A stretch of DNA of 64,000 nucleotides. Source: Planctomycetota bacterium (GTDB taxonomy: Bacteria; Planctomycetota; Planctomycetia; Planctomycetales; Planctomycetaceae). Of the stretch, positions 31,570 through 41,066 are shown piece by piece. How positions within the stretch are numbered: position 1 is the stretch's first letter; the number at the start of each line of letters is the position of its first letter. The stretch is taken from the NCBI GenBank assembly GCA_039796955.1, contig JBDKIW010000227.1:5405-69404 (forward strand), in the 5' to 3' direction. The notes under the pieces were generated by a model. That model saw only the letters and a list, made by a program, of their open reading frames with translations. It ran no database searches and was not told the DNA's origin. The translations under genes were made by a program, and so were the position numbers.

Positions 31570-31587
31570 GACAGGGGTGGATTGGTC

Positions 31588-32133
31588 ATGACTCGTTTGA
31601 TGGAAGAGTACAGAGGCAGGATTGTGAGTGAGCTTCAGGCAGCACTGGGGCGCACGAACATCCACTCGCTGCCACGGCTCGACAAGATTGTCGTGAGCAT
31701 GGGCGTCGGTAAGGCTGTCGAGGACCGCAAGAAGCTCGATCAGGCTGCCGAGCACCTGACGCAGTTGTCTGGCCAGAAGGCGCAGATTTGCCGGGCCAAG
31801 AAGTCCGTCTCCGGTTTTCGGCTGCGTGAAGGTCAGCCGATTGGCTGTCGTGTCACCTTGCGTGGTCGTCGGATGTATGATTTCCTCGATCGGCTGATCA
31901 CGCTTGCCTTGCCGCGAGTGCGCGACTTTCGTGGTGTCAGCGCAAAGGGATTCGACGGTCACGGCAACTACAACTGCGGCTTGAGCGAGCAGGTGGTGTT
32001 TCCGGAAATCGACCCCGAGACCGTCACTGCGGTGCAGGGCATGAACATCACGATCGTCACGACTGCGAAATCAGACGAAGAGGGGCGTGTATTGCTCAAG
32101 GCATTCGGGATGCCCTTCAGAGCAGATGGCTGA
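31588..32133 (+). CDS. rplE: 50S ribosomal protein L5
   Basis: [14 protein letters not shown].., [17 protein letters not shown] and LPRVRDFRG. The ATG at 31588 lies within ORF 31582..32133. Confidence 0.95.
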   Translation: MTRLMEEYRGRIVSELQAALGRTNIHSLPRLDKIVVSMGVGKAVEDRKKLDQAAEHLTQLSGQKAQICRAKKSVSGFRLREGQPIGCRVTLRGRRMYDFLDRLITLALPRVRDFRGVSAKGFDGHGNYNCGLSEQVVFPEIDPETVTAVQGMNITIVTTAKSDEEGRVLLKAFGMPFRADG

Positions 32134-32168
32134 GTTCATTGCGTTTTTCCAACGAGCAGGGTATTGAG

Positions 32169-32354
32169 ATGGCTAGCAAAGCGAAGATCGAGAAGGCCAA
32201 GCGGACGCCGAAGTTCAGCAGTCGAATTGAGCATCGGTGTGTGTTGTGTGGGCGTCCTCGTGCCGTGTATCGTAAGTTCAAGGTGTGCAGAATCTGTTTC
32301 CGAAATCTGTCGCTCGATGGGTTGATCCCGGGCGTAAAGAAGGCCAGTTGGTAA
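32169..32354 (+). CDS. rpsZ: 30S ribosomal protein S14, zinc-ribbon type Z (61 aa)
   Basis: [20 protein letters not shown] (CxxC..CxxC) and a C-terminal KASW. Confidence 0.92.
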   Translation: MASKAKIEKAKRTPKFSSRIEHRCVLCGRPRAVYRKFKVCRICFRNLSLDGLIPGVKKASW

Positions 32355-32373
32355 GAACAGGGGCGGGTGCGTT

Positions 32374-32769
32374 ATGATGACAGATCCAATTGCTGACCTT
32401 CTGACACGTATTCGGAATGGTGTGCGAGTCGAGCGGCCGTTTGTCGACCTGCCGTGCTCGCAGTTGAAGATCGCGGTAGTGGAAGCATTGCAGCGAGAAG
32501 GGTTTGTGTGGGACCACGAGGTTCTTGACGACGCGGGTCACAAGGTCCTGCGAGTCAACCTGAAATACGGTCCGAATGGCGAGCACGTGATTCAGCACGT
32601 GGAACGGCTTTCGAAGCCCGGCTGCCGTGTGTATGTGGGCGCCGGCGACATGAAGGACGTGCGTCAGGGGACTGGGATTTCGATCCTGTCGACCTCGAAG
32701 GGTGTTCTCAGCAATCGAGAGGCTCGGCGGCAGGGTGTGGGTGGCGAGTTGCTTTGCCAGGTGTGGTAG
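32374..32769 (+). CDS. rpsH: 30S ribosomal protein S8
   Basis: The N-terminus MTDPIADLLTRIRNG and the C-terminus GGELLCQVW. Confidence 0.95.
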   Translation: MMTDPIADLLTRIRNGVRVERPFVDLPCSQLKIAVVEALQREGFVWDHEVLDDAGHKVLRVNLKYGPNGEHVIQHVERLSKPGCRVYVGAGDMKDVRQGTGISILSTSKGVLSNREARRQGVGGELLCQVW

Positions 32770-32807
32770 GGTTAGGGTGGTTTCGCTGGACATAAGGTGT
32801 TGGTCAG

Positions 32808-33350
32808 ATGTCACGAATTGGAAAAAAGCCCGTTGCTGTCCCCGCGGGGGTTAAGGTGACGGTTGAGGGCAGTCGGGTGTCGGCAAAAGGCCCAGCGGGC
32901 GAGTTGCACCTGAGTGTGCATTCGACGATGGGTGTGGCTGTTGACGGCGCTGTTGTCAATGTGACCCGTCCGGACGATAAGCGGTCCAGCAAGGCGCTCC
33001 ACGGTTTGACTCGCAGCCTGATTCACAATATGGTGACTGGCGTGGTGAAGCCATTTGAGAAAAAGCTTGAGATTACTGGTGTGGGTTACAATGCCAGTCT
33101 GTCAGGCTCGAAACTGACGCTGCAGGTTGGGTTCGCGAACAAAGTGGTACTGGAAGTTCCCGCTGGTACCAAATGTGAGGTGCCTGACCCGACTCATGTA
33201 ATTGTCAAGAGCTGTGACAAGCAGGCATGTGGCCAGTTTGCAGCCGAGGTGAGGGCGGTGAGGCCGCCGGAGCCCTACAAGGGCAAGGGGATCAAGTATC
33301 AGGACGAGCATGTCCGGCGTAAGGCTGGTAAGGCGTTTGGATCGAAGTAA
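32808..33350 (+). CDS. rplF: 50S ribosomal protein L6
   Basis: The N-terminus MSRIGKKPV and the motif PEPYKGKGIKY. Confidence 0.95.
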   Translation: MSRIGKKPVAVPAGVKVTVEGSRVSAKGPAGELHLSVHSTMGVAVDGAVVNVTRPDDKRSSKALHGLTRSLIHNMVTGVVKPFEKKLEITGVGYNASLSGSKLTLQVGFANKVVLEVPAGTKCEVPDPTHVIVKSCDKQACGQFAAEVRAVRPPEPYKGKGIKYQDEHVRRKAGKAFGSK

Positions 33351-33373
33351 ACTTTTGCGGTGTGGTGTAAGCG

Positions 33374-33745
33374 ATGAGTATTCGTTCCCGAATGGCAAAA
33401 CAGGAAGAGCGACGTCGGTTTCGTGTGAGAAACCGGGTCAGTCGTAGTGCGCACGGACGGCCGCGGTTGTCGGTGTTCCGTAGCAACCGGCACATGTATG
33501 CACAGATCATCGACGATGCGGCAGGCAGGACATTGGTGGCAGCCAATACGGTTGACAGCACTTTGTCCGGGCCTGGCGGTGTTGGTGGCGACATCGAAGC
33601 GGCAGCCAAAGTAGGGCGATTGATTGCCGAGCGGGCTAAGGCGGCGGGAATTGTGGAAGTCATTTTTGACCGGGGCGCGTTTCGGTATCACGGACGGGTC
33701 GCTGCGCTTGCGGACGCTGCTCGTGAAGCAGGGCTGAATTTCTGA
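33374..33745 (+). CDS. rplR: 50S ribosomal protein L18
   Basis: [19 protein letters not shown].. and [24 protein letters not shown]. Confidence 0.92.
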   Translation: MSIRSRMAKQEERRRFRVRNRVSRSAHGRPRLSVFRSNRHMYAQIIDDAAGRTLVAANTVDSTLSGPGGVGGDIEAAAKVGRLIAERAKAAGIVEVIFDRGAFRYHGRVAALADAAREAGLNF

Positions 33746-33755
33746 TTCTTTGGCA

Positions 33756-34253
33756 ATGACGGGGTGGCCTGTGTCGACAGCGGAAGTTAAGGGTGATTCT
33801 GGCGAAAAAGTAGTTCAGATTCGTCGGTGTGCGTGCGTGGTCAAGGGCGGGCGACGATTCAGTTTCGCGGCGCTCGTGGTCACCGGCGACGGCAACGGTC
33901 GGGCCGGATACGGTTATGGTAAGGCCATTGAGGTACCGCAGGCTGTTGAGAAGGCGACGAAGCAGAGCAATCGGTCCCAGATGAGTGTCCCGATTGTCGG
34001 CACGACGATCCCTCATCAGGTGATCGGAGAGTTTCGGTCGTCCAAAGTGTTATTACTGCCAGCTAAGCCTGGTACTGGCGTAATCGCAGGTGACTGCGTG
34101 AGGTCGGTTGTTGAGGCGGCGGGCATTACGGACATTCTGACGAAGGCTTATGGATCGACGAATCCGCTGAATTTGGTCAAGGCGACGTTTGACGCCCTGA
34201 AGAAGTTGCGGACACGGGAACAGATTGAGCGATTGCGAGGGGTGACGCTGTGA
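33756..34253 (+). CDS. rpsE: 30S ribosomal protein S5
   Basis: [35 protein letters not shown]. An alternative TTG start is at 33750. Confidence 0.93.
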   Translation: MTGWPVSTAEVKGDSGEKVVQIRRCACVVKGGRRFSFAALVVTGDGNGRAGYGYGKAIEVPQAVEKATKQSNRSQMSVPIVGTTIPHQVIGEFRSSKVLLLPAKPGTGVIAGDCVRSVVEAAGITDILTKAYGSTNPLNLVKATFDALKKLRTREQIERLRGVTL

Positions 34254-34702
34254 TTTTGAACGACGTTCAGACTGGTATTCAGCCACGTAAACCGCGGAAG
34301 CGAATTGGTCGCGGGGTGGGTTCTGGTCATGGTAAGACATCCGGTCGCGGGCACAAGGGTTTCTTCAGCCGCTCCGGATCTTCGACTCGCCAGGGATTTC
34401 AGGGCGGTCAGATGCCTCTGTTTCGCCGTGTAGCGAAGCGTGGGTTCAGCAATAACCAGTTCGCTGCTGAGGTTGCAGTGGTGAACGTGGGTTTACTGGG
34501 TGAAAACTTTGAGTCTGGCTCAGAAGTGACACCGGAGTTGTTGGTTGCAAAAGGGCTCGTCGCTACTCGGTTCGATGAAGTCAAGGTGTTGGGCGACGGC
34601 GAGCTGACAGTGTCGCTGAAGGTTGTGGCCCATCGGTTTTCCGCGTCTGCAGAGGCGAAGATTGTTGCTGCTGGCGGTACGGTGGAACGCGTATCCGAGT
34701 GA
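34250..34702 (+). CDS. rplO: 50S ribosomal protein L15
   Basis: [20 protein letters not shown]. The GTG start overlaps the rpsE stop (GTGA). Confidence 0.92.
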   Translation: MILNDVQTGIQPRKPRKRIGRGVGSGHGKTSGRGHKGFFSRSGSSTRQGFQGGQMPLFRRVAKRGFSNNQFAAEVAVVNVGLLGENFESGSEVTPELLVAKGLVATRFDEVKVLGDGELTVSLKVVAHRFSASAEAKIVAAGGTVERVSE

Positions 34703-34765
34703 GTTTGGTCCTGGTGTAGGGATCGGAAGCGAATTGGTGGGCGTTTGTGAGAGGGTGTGGGCGGT

Positions 34766-36136
34766 ATGTTTTCCAAACTGCTGACCGTATTTCGGATCCC
34801 TGAACTGCGCAACAAGATTCTGTTGACGATCGTTTTGCTTGCAGTTTACAGGCTTGGCTTCCATATCACTTTGCCGTTTATTGATCACGCCGAGGTGGCG
34901 AAGGTCATGAACAATGCGAAGACGGGGAGCAAAGAGGGCATCGGCGGCTTGCTGCAGGTCGTTTCGGTGTTTGCTGCGACTGAGCTCCAGAGCGGTTCAG
35001 TGTTTGGTCTGGGGATCATGCCTTACATTACCGCATCCATTGTGTTCCAGCTACTGGCGACGGTTTATCCACCTCTTGAGGCACTCCAGAAAGAGGGTGA
35101 ATCGGGGCGGCGGAGGATCAATGAGTACACGCGTTACGCAACTGTCGTCGTGTGTGCCTTTCAGAGCTTCGCCCTTTTGTGGGCTATGCGGGGTGCAGAC
35201 TCGCAGGGGGGTAGTATTTTACCGGAGTACACCGGTGTGCACTGGATTGTGTTTGGAACGTTGGTGATGACCGCAGGGACGGTGTTCCTGATGTGGATTG
35301 GCGAGCAGATTGACGCATATGGCATTGGGAACGGTATCAGCCTGCTGATCATGGCAGGTATTCTGGCTCGAATGCCCGCGATTGTTACGAAGTGGGTCGA
35401 GGGTATCCGGACGAAGGGTGTGGGTATTGGCACTGAGTTTGGGATCGAGCGGCTTTTGGTGATGATGGTGGTGTTTGTGGCGGTGATTGCGGTAGTCGTG
35501 TTCATCACGCAGGGGCAGCGGCGGATCCCGATTCAGAGTGCGAAGCACGTGAGGGGTCGGCGAGTAAGTGGCGGCAACCGTCAGTGGTTGCCATTGCGTG
35601 TGAATCAGAGCGGAGTGATGCCGATCATCTTTGCTTCGAGTTTGCTGATGATTCCATTCTTTCTTTTTGGACAGCTTGGTCGGGTGTTTGGGGAGACCGG
35701 CGTGGGTCGGTGGTTGGATTGGACGGGCAGCCTGTTTGCACCCGGGCAGGGTTTCGTGTACAGTTGTGCCTACATCCTGTTAATTTACTTCTTTTGCTAT
35801 TTCTGGACGGCGATTACGTTCAACCCGAAAGACATGGCGGAGAATCTGAAGGACAGTGGCAGCTTCATCCCGGGATATCGGCCGGGAAGTCGCACAGCCG
35901 CTCACCTTGAGCAGGTTATGTTACGGATCACCTACGTCGGGGCAGCGTTCCTTGCTGTGATCGCGGTGATCCCCACCATTATTTCGAATACGATTACGGA
36001 CGACTTTGTGACCGCCAGCTTTTTTGGCGGGACAGGGTTGCTGATCATTGTTTCAGTGGCTTTGGATTTGGTGCAGAAGATTGATTCGCACCTTGTGATG
36101 CGGAATTATCCAGGGCTTTTGGATTCTGAGAATTAG
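34766..36136 (+). CDS. secY: Preprotein translocase subunit SecY
   Basis: ELRNKILLTIVLLAVYRLGFHITLPFID, GIMPYITASI and ten TM helices. An alternative GTG start is at 34757. Confidence 0.96.
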   Translation: MFSKLLTVFRIPELRNKILLTIVLLAVYRLGFHITLPFIDHAEVAKVMNNAKTGSKEGIGGLLQVVSVFAATELQSGSVFGLGIMPYITASIVFQLLATVYPPLEALQKEGESGRRRINEYTRYATVVVCAFQSFALLWAMRGADSQGGSILPEYTGVHWIVFGTLVMTAGTVFLMWIGEQIDAYGIGNGISLLIMAGILARMPAIVTKWVEGIRTKGVGIGTEFGIERLLVMMVVFVAVIAVVVFITQGQRRIPIQSAKHVRGRRVSGGNRQWLPLRVNQSGVMPIIFASSLLMIPFFLFGQLGRVFGETGVGRWLDWTGSLFAPGQGFVYSCAYILLIYFFCYFWTAITFNPKDMAENLKDSGSFIPGYRPGSRTAAHLEQVMLRITYVGAAFLAVIAVIPTIISNTITDDFVTASFFGGTGLLIIVSVALDLVQKIDSHLVMRNYPGLLDSEN

Positions 36137-36172
36137 GCCTGAGCCTGACAACGTTTTTCTGATGGTGAAGTG

Positions 36173-36289
36173 ATGAAAGTCCGTTCCAGCGTTAAGCGTA
36201 TTTGTGACTTCTGTAAACTTGTGCGGCGTCGCGGGAAGATTTTCGTGATCTGCTCATCGAACCCACGTCACAAGCAGCGTCAAGGCTGA
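36173..36289 (+). CDS. rpmJ: 50S ribosomal protein L36
   Basis: 38-codon ORF below the track cutoff: [38 protein letters not shown]. Confidence 0.9.
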   Translation: MKVRSSVKRICDFCKLVRRRGKIFVICSSNPRHKQRQG

Positions 36290-36317
36290 TTTCATCGAGT
36301 AATTTGGAGTTGTTGCG

Positions 36318-36701
36318 ATGCCTCGTGTGCTTGGTGTGGACATCCCGAATAATAAGCCGACGTACATATCGTTGAGCTATTTGTACGGCATTGGCCCGTA
36401 TTTGGCGGTGCAAATCTGCTATGAGTTGGGTGTGGACCCACATGTGCGGGCTGGTGAGTTGTCGGAGGACGAGGTTGCTCGGATTACGAATCACCTCGAC
36501 AAGAACTACGTGGTCGAGGGTCCGTTGCGTCGTAAGGTGCAGCAGGAAATCGGCCGTCTGCGTGAGATTCAGTGCTACCGTGGCGTGAGGCACCGCAAGG
36601 GCTTGCCGGTGCGAGGGCAGCGTACGAAAACAAACGCGCGGACGCGTAAAGGGCGGAAGAAGACTGTCGCCGGCAAGAAGGGCGTGAAGGACCTGAAGTG
36701 A
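36318..36701 (+). CDS. rpsM: 30S ribosomal protein S13
   Basis: MPRVLGVDIPNNK.. and YRGVRHRKGLPVRGQRTKTNARTRKG. Confidence 0.96.
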   Translation: MPRVLGVDIPNNKPTYISLSYLYGIGPYLAVQICYELGVDPHVRAGELSEDEVARITNHLDKNYVVEGPLRRKVQQEIGRLREIQCYRGVRHRKGLPVRGQRTKTNARTRKGRKKTVAGKKGVKDLK

Positions 36702-36748
36702 TATTAGCGGTTCAGGTGCATTGGAAAAATTTTGTGTGAGATCTGACT

Positions 36749-37129
36749 GTGGCCAAGGTAAAAAAGAAGAAAATCCGTCGTAATGTGAACAAGGGTGTTG
36801 CCTACATCAAGGCGACGTTCAACAACACGATCGTGACCATGACTGACGCGGCTGGCGACGTGATCTGCTGGGCCACTGCGGGTACCGTGGGCTTCAAGGG
36901 ATCTCGCAAGAGTACACCCTTCGCTGCACAGCGTGCTGCTGAGACGGTCGCTGAGAAGGCGTCAAAGGTAGGCGTTCGTGAAGTTGAAGTTCGGGTCAAG
37001 GGGCCGGGGGCTGGTCGCGAGAGTGCGATTACCGGTCTTCAGGCTTCGGGTTTGGCGATCAAATCTATTGAGGATGTGACGCCATTGCCTCACAACGGAT
37101 GTCGGCCGCCGAAGCGTCGACGTGTGTGA
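36749..37129 (+). CDS. rpsK: 30S ribosomal protein S11
   Basis: [19 protein letters not shown] and [21 protein letters not shown] start. Confidence 0.96.
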   Translation: MAKVKKKKIRRNVNKGVAYIKATFNNTIVTMTDAAGDVICWATAGTVGFKGSRKSTPFAAQRAAETVAEKASKVGVREVEVRVKGPGAGRESAITGLQASGLAIKSIEDVTPLPHNGCRPPKRRRV

Positions 37130-37168
37130 GCGGACTGAGGTTGCCGAGTTGAAAATTGGGGGTATGAG

Positions 37169-38179
37169 ATGAGGATTCGCTGGCGTGGACTTGAGTTGCC
37201 CAGTCGGGTAGCTGTTGACCGGGAGACTCGAACTGCCACGTACGGACGGTTCATAGCTGAGCCGTTTGAGCGCGGTTTTGGATCGACCGTCGGAAATTCG
37301 CTGCGCAGGATCTTGCTGAGTAGTCTCGAGGGGTCCGCGATCACTCGTGTGCGGATTCAGGGCGTGCAGCATGAGTTCACGACGATTCCTGGTGTGGTCG
37401 AAGATGTGACTGACATCTGCCTGAACCTGAAGTCTTTGGTGGTGAAGAACCACAGTGCCTCCAGTAAGACGCTGCGAATTGAGAAGCACACTCGAGGCGT
37501 GGTGACTGGGGCCGATGTAATTTGTGACGACCAGGTAGTGGTAATCAACCGCGATCTTGTGATTGCGACGATGACGGACGACGTGCCGTTTCATGTTGAG
37601 ATGACGGTCGAGAATGGTCGTGGTTATGTACCGGCGACCGAGCAGTATCAGCACGAGCCCGAGGTGGGTATTATTCCGTTGGATGCCGCATTTTCACCGA
37701 TCACTCGGGTGAGGCACCTGATCGAGGAGACTCGTGTTGGTCAGAGGACAAACTACGACAAATTGAATCTTGAGATCTGGACGAACGGGACCATCGTGCC
37801 TGAGATGGCTCTGGTGGAAGCCGCCAAGATTCTTCGTAAGCATCTGAATTGCTTTATCACCTTCCGCGAACCCGGCCCGGAGGCGGGTCCTGAGGGCGGG
37901 TTGATCAATATGAGCGAATCTACTGGATATTCACCAGTGGATATGGAGCTTGAGGAGAAGCTGAATAAGAGCCTCGCGGAACTGAATTTGTCTGTTCGTG
38001 CGACGAATTGTCTCGAGTCGGTTGGTATCAATACGGTGAGGGATCTTGTCGTAAGGTCGGAGGACGAGTTGCTGCAGGTGAGAAACTTTGGCGAGACGAC
38101 CTTGGATGAAGTTCGTGAGCGTCTTGGAAACATTGATCTGCGTCTCGGTATGCGATTGCCGAACCAGCAGTTGAAATAG
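37169..38179 (+). CDS. rpoA: DNA-directed RNA polymerase subunit alpha
   Basis: [28 protein letters not shown] and the C-terminal-domain motif [22 protein letters not shown]. Confidence 0.96.
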   Translation: MRIRWRGLELPSRVAVDRETRTATYGRFIAEPFERGFGSTVGNSLRRILLSSLEGSAITRVRIQGVQHEFTTIPGVVEDVTDICLNLKSLVVKNHSASSKTLRIEKHTRGVVTGADVICDDQVVVINRDLVIATMTDDVPFHVEMTVENGRGYVPATEQYQHEPEVGIIPLDAAFSPITRVRHLIEETRVGQRTNYDKLNLEIWTNGTIVPEMALVEAAKILRKHLNCFITFREPGPEAGPEGGLINMSESTGYSPVDMELEEKLNKSLAELNLSVRATNCLESVGINTVRDLVVRSEDELLQVRNFGETTLDEVRERLGNIDLRLGMRLPNQQLK

Positions 38180-38249
38180 TGTTGGGTGTGATCCGGGATC
38201 GGCTCGGGTGCCATTGGAATCATGAAATTTTGTTGAGTGAGTCTCGGTC

Positions 38250-38822
38250 ATGAGACATCGATGTGCTGGGCGTAAACTTGGTCGAAATGCTTCTCATCGG
38301 AAGGCCATGTTCAGGAACATGGCGGTGAGTTTGATACGCACTGTTCGACTGGTGGATGGTGACGAACAGGCGCCGAAGGTGCGTGGGCGTATTGTGACAA
38401 CCGTTCCTAAGGCGAAGGAGCTGCGTCCGATCGTCGAGAAGCTGGTGACGATGGCGCGGAAGGCTGCGAGATACACAGCGTCTGCATCAGAGTTCTCCAC
38501 GACGGCTGAGCGGGGTTCGGACGAGTGGAAGAATTGGCGTGCGTCTGACGCTGGTCGCAACTGGGTTCGGGTGACGGCACCTGCTCTTGCTTTGCGTCGA
38601 CGGGCGTTTTCGGAGCTGCGGGATTCATTGGCGGTTGACATTCTGTTCGACGAGTTGGCAGCTCGGTTCCAGACACGAGATGGCGGTTACACGCGCGTGG
38701 TACGATTGGCGGGTGTGAGGCTGGGCGACGCTGGTGAGCGTGCCATTATCGAGTTTGTTGGTGAGAGAGATCGCGAGAAGACTCGGCGGAGGTCTGCTCC
38801 GGCGGTCGAAGCCACTACGTAA
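38250..38822 (+). CDS. rplQ: 50S ribosomal protein L17 (expanded, 190 aa)
   Basis: [24 protein letters not shown].. and [26 protein letters not shown]. Confidence 0.9.
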   Translation: MRHRCAGRKLGRNASHRKAMFRNMAVSLIRTVRLVDGDEQAPKVRGRIVTTVPKAKELRPIVEKLVTMARKAARYTASASEFSTTAERGSDEWKNWRASDAGRNWVRVTAPALALRRRAFSELRDSLAVDILFDELAARFQTRDGGYTRVVRLAGVRLGDAGERAIIEFVGERDREKTRRRSAPAVEATT

Positions 38823-38848
38823 TCAGCAATTGATTCAGATGGGTGATG

Positions 38849-38885
38849 AACCCCGGTGCCCTGCGAGGGTCCCGGGGTTTTTTTA
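38849..38885. terminator. Intrinsic terminator ending the superoperon
   Basis: Stem aaccccgg / ccggggtt with inner pairing, followed by ttttttt. It lies between the convergent genes rplQ and queE. Confidence 0.7.
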
Positions 38886-38947
38886 TGTCGATTGGTTTGC
38901 TGTGGATACTCAGCGAGGGTCGGGTCTGGGTTGGATTCGAGCGTGGT

Positions 38948-39625
38948 TTACGTGCCGCGGGTATCGCCAAACATTTCGACGTGAAGTCTGGACGAGAAGT
39001 TGAAGCCGTATTTGCGGGCCAGCTCTCGCAGCCATTCGGATTTCTCTCGGAGTTGTTCGCGAGTTCTGGCTTGTGGCATCAGCCAGACTATGGAGGGTGA
39101 GGCAGCGGGGACGTGTCGAAGCCATGATAGGACCTCGGTAATATCGAGGGGGTTATCGATGACGAATTTGAGTATGCCGGTGGTGTGTTGAAGGAGGTTG
39201 GAGACAACCTCGGGTTGGAAGCGGGTGTTGTCGTGCCGAAGTTTCCATCGCGGGTCATCGGGTGTTGAGTTGGGCAGTTTTGGTGAGATTGCCATGAGGT
39301 CACAGGAGACATGCTGGAATACGGTACCGGCGGTTTCGATGGTGACGCGTTTTCCAAGGCCCTGGCAGTGGCGGGCGAGATCAGGGAGTTCTGGCACAAG
39401 AAGGGGTTCGCCACCGGTCAGTACGACGTCCGGAGCATCAGACTCGGCCACACGGTGGAACAGTTCATCAGTGGACCAGGCGGAGCCTTCTGGTTTCCAT
39501 GAGGTATAGGGGGTGTCGCAGAACCAGCATCTCAGATTGCACCCGGAGGTGCGAATGAACAGGGAGCGGGTGCCGGCCCATGGCCCTTCGCCCTGGATGG
39601 ATTCAAAAATTTCTGCGATCTGCAT
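38948..39625 (-). CDS. queE: 7-carboxy-7-deazaguanine synthase (radical SAM) QueE
   Basis: IAEIFESIQGEGPWAGTRSLFIRTSGCNLRCWFCDTPYT and the C-terminal RLHVEMFGDTRG. Confidence 0.85.
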   Translation of the reverse strand: MQIAEIFESIQGEGPWAGTRSLFIRTSGCNLRCWFCDTPYTSWKPEGSAWSTDELFHRVAESDAPDVVLTGGEPLLVPELPDLARHCQGLGKRVTIETAGTVFQHVSCDLMAISPKLPNSTPDDPRWKLRHDNTRFQPEVVSNLLQHTTGILKFVIDNPLDITEVLSWLRHVPAASPSIVWLMPQARTREQLREKSEWLRELARKYGFNFSSRLHVEMFGDTRGT

Positions 39626-39759
39626 GTTCCGGGGCCGTAGTTGTTGTGGAATATGTTTTCGGGATGGGTGAGCGGTCTTGGGAAATCCGAGTTGATTGTA
39701 GGTTGTGAGTGTGTTTAAGTCAGCAGTTGCTGAGAGTGGATCGCGTGAGGCGAGTCAAT

Positions 39760-40287
39760 TCAGGGATTTTCTGCGGGCCGTTGTGCAGTGTGGGTGGTTG
39801 GGCAGGAGCAGAGAATCAGGGCTGAGATGAGGGCGATTGCCAGGTGCGTTTCGTTAGCGAGTTTTGATTGTTCATGGAGCGTGGTGAAAGCCGGGGTCCG
39901 GGTTTGCCCCGGCGGGGAGATGAGAGATTGGAGCGGTTTATAGATCCATTGGTAATCGATCACTGCGATCAGCAGTGAGATGCAGGACAGTGTTGCGGAA
40001 AGTGTGAGGCGTGAATTGCGTGGCCGGGCCTGGAGGAGGAGTGCGGCCGCGATGCAGAGCAGCGAGGTGCCGAGGGTGAACCAGCAGAATTGGTAATACA
40101 GGGGAAAGCGGATGGTGGCCAGTTGGTCGCGGATGAAGGAGTCAAAACCCGGATGGCTTTGTTCTGCGACGCTGGTGATGACAAAGAGGACTGCGCCGCC
40201 GACCCAGGCTGACAGAAGTACGCGCGAGGCGACGGTGAGAAGTTGACAGAGGCGTGGCCGGTGGAATGGGTTCACTTGAGATACCAT
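39760..40287 (-). CDS. Hypothetical integral membrane protein (about 4 TM helices)
   Basis: 175-aa ORF with four long hydrophobic segments. No family motif recognised. Confidence 0.5.
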   Translation of the reverse strand: MVSQVNPFHRPRLCQLLTVASRVLLSAWVGGAVLFVITSVAEQSHPGFDSFIRDQLATIRFPLYYQFCWFTLGTSLLCIAAALLLQARPRNSRLTLSATLSCISLLIAVIDYQWIYKPLQSLISPPGQTRTPAFTTLHEQSKLANETHLAIALISALILCSCPTTHTAQRPAENP

Positions 40288-40525
40288 GGCAGGGTGGTAG
40301 CTGAGGGTTGTCAGGGGAATGTGGAGTCACGGTTTGGCTTCACACCTGATTTGAAACTGCTGTTTTGTGAGTATGTCGATTGTGTGGCACGACGCAACTG
40401 AATGTCGGACAGCGGAGAGGGATTCGGGGAGATTGATGTGTGCCGGGTGTGGAGCAAGTCGGATGACGGATGCGTTTTCAGCGGATTGGTGGAAGTGGTG
40501 TCTGGCGGATTAAGGAGTTTCTGAG

Positions 40526-40963
40526 ATGGGGGGGAGTTCTGGTCGGTTTCCGCGACGCTTCGTCTGGAACGTATTGAATGGATTCAGGGTCCGGAGATTG
40601 AGTGGGGGATTTCTGCGCAACGAGATGTTCCTGCGGGAGGAGTATTTCCGAACGGCGGCATCGCAGGGGAAGCCTCGCGGCTTACATTGGGCGGAGTGCA
40701 GTTGGCTGTCTGAGCGGGTACTGCTGCGGGAGCGTGAAAACGGGCAATGGTGGGTGTTATCCGCTGTGAACTTGTCTTTTGAGGCGGTGGCGGGTGGCGA
40801 GATGGAGGGCGTTGAGGCAGTTTCGATGGTCAGAGAGGCGTGTGCTGTTTTTGTCTGGTCTGACGGCAGTTGGCGGGCGAGTGGACGGACATTGTTTAAT
40901 ATGGGCACTGAGCGAGCTCTGTTGCACCTTGAGGAGACGCACGAGTTCGTCAGGGCGATTTGA
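40526..40963 (+). CDS. Hypothetical protein
   Basis: 145-aa ORF whose composition looks more protein-like than the overlapping antisense ORF. No motif recognised. Confidence 0.35.
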   Translation: MGGSSGRFPRRFVWNVLNGFRVRRLSGGFLRNEMFLREEYFRTAASQGKPRGLHWAECSWLSERVLLRERENGQWWVLSAVNLSFEAVAGGEMEGVEAVSMVREACAVFVWSDGSWRASGRTLFNMGTERALLHLEETHEFVRAI

Positions 40964-41002
40964 TCTTCAGCCCAGGGGGCGATCGAAGCTCACGACGGCT
41001 GC

Positions 41003-41036
41003 AAAAAAAACCGCGACAGGAAAAATCCTGTCGCGG
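41003..41036 (-). terminator. Intrinsic terminator of the beta-barrel protein gene
   Basis: A perfect 10-bp stem ccgcgacagg / cctgtcgcgg with loop aaaaat. On the minus strand it is followed by tttttttt. Confidence 0.7.
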
Positions 41037-41066
41037 CTTTGGGGTTGAGTAGCAGTGGCAGAACGA

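Noticed and set aside
30862-31962. 366-aa antisense ORF spanning rpsQ, rplN and rplE
   Set aside because: The length is striking, but it runs opposite three canonical ribosomal genes and across their spacers. It has no recognisable domain and junk-like composition.
39626-39759. Possible preQ1 riboswitch upstream of queE
   Set aside because: The minus-strand leader has an A/C-rich tail (acaacaactacgg). It lacks the short hairpin plus the CCC..AAAAAACUA arrangement of preQ1-I.
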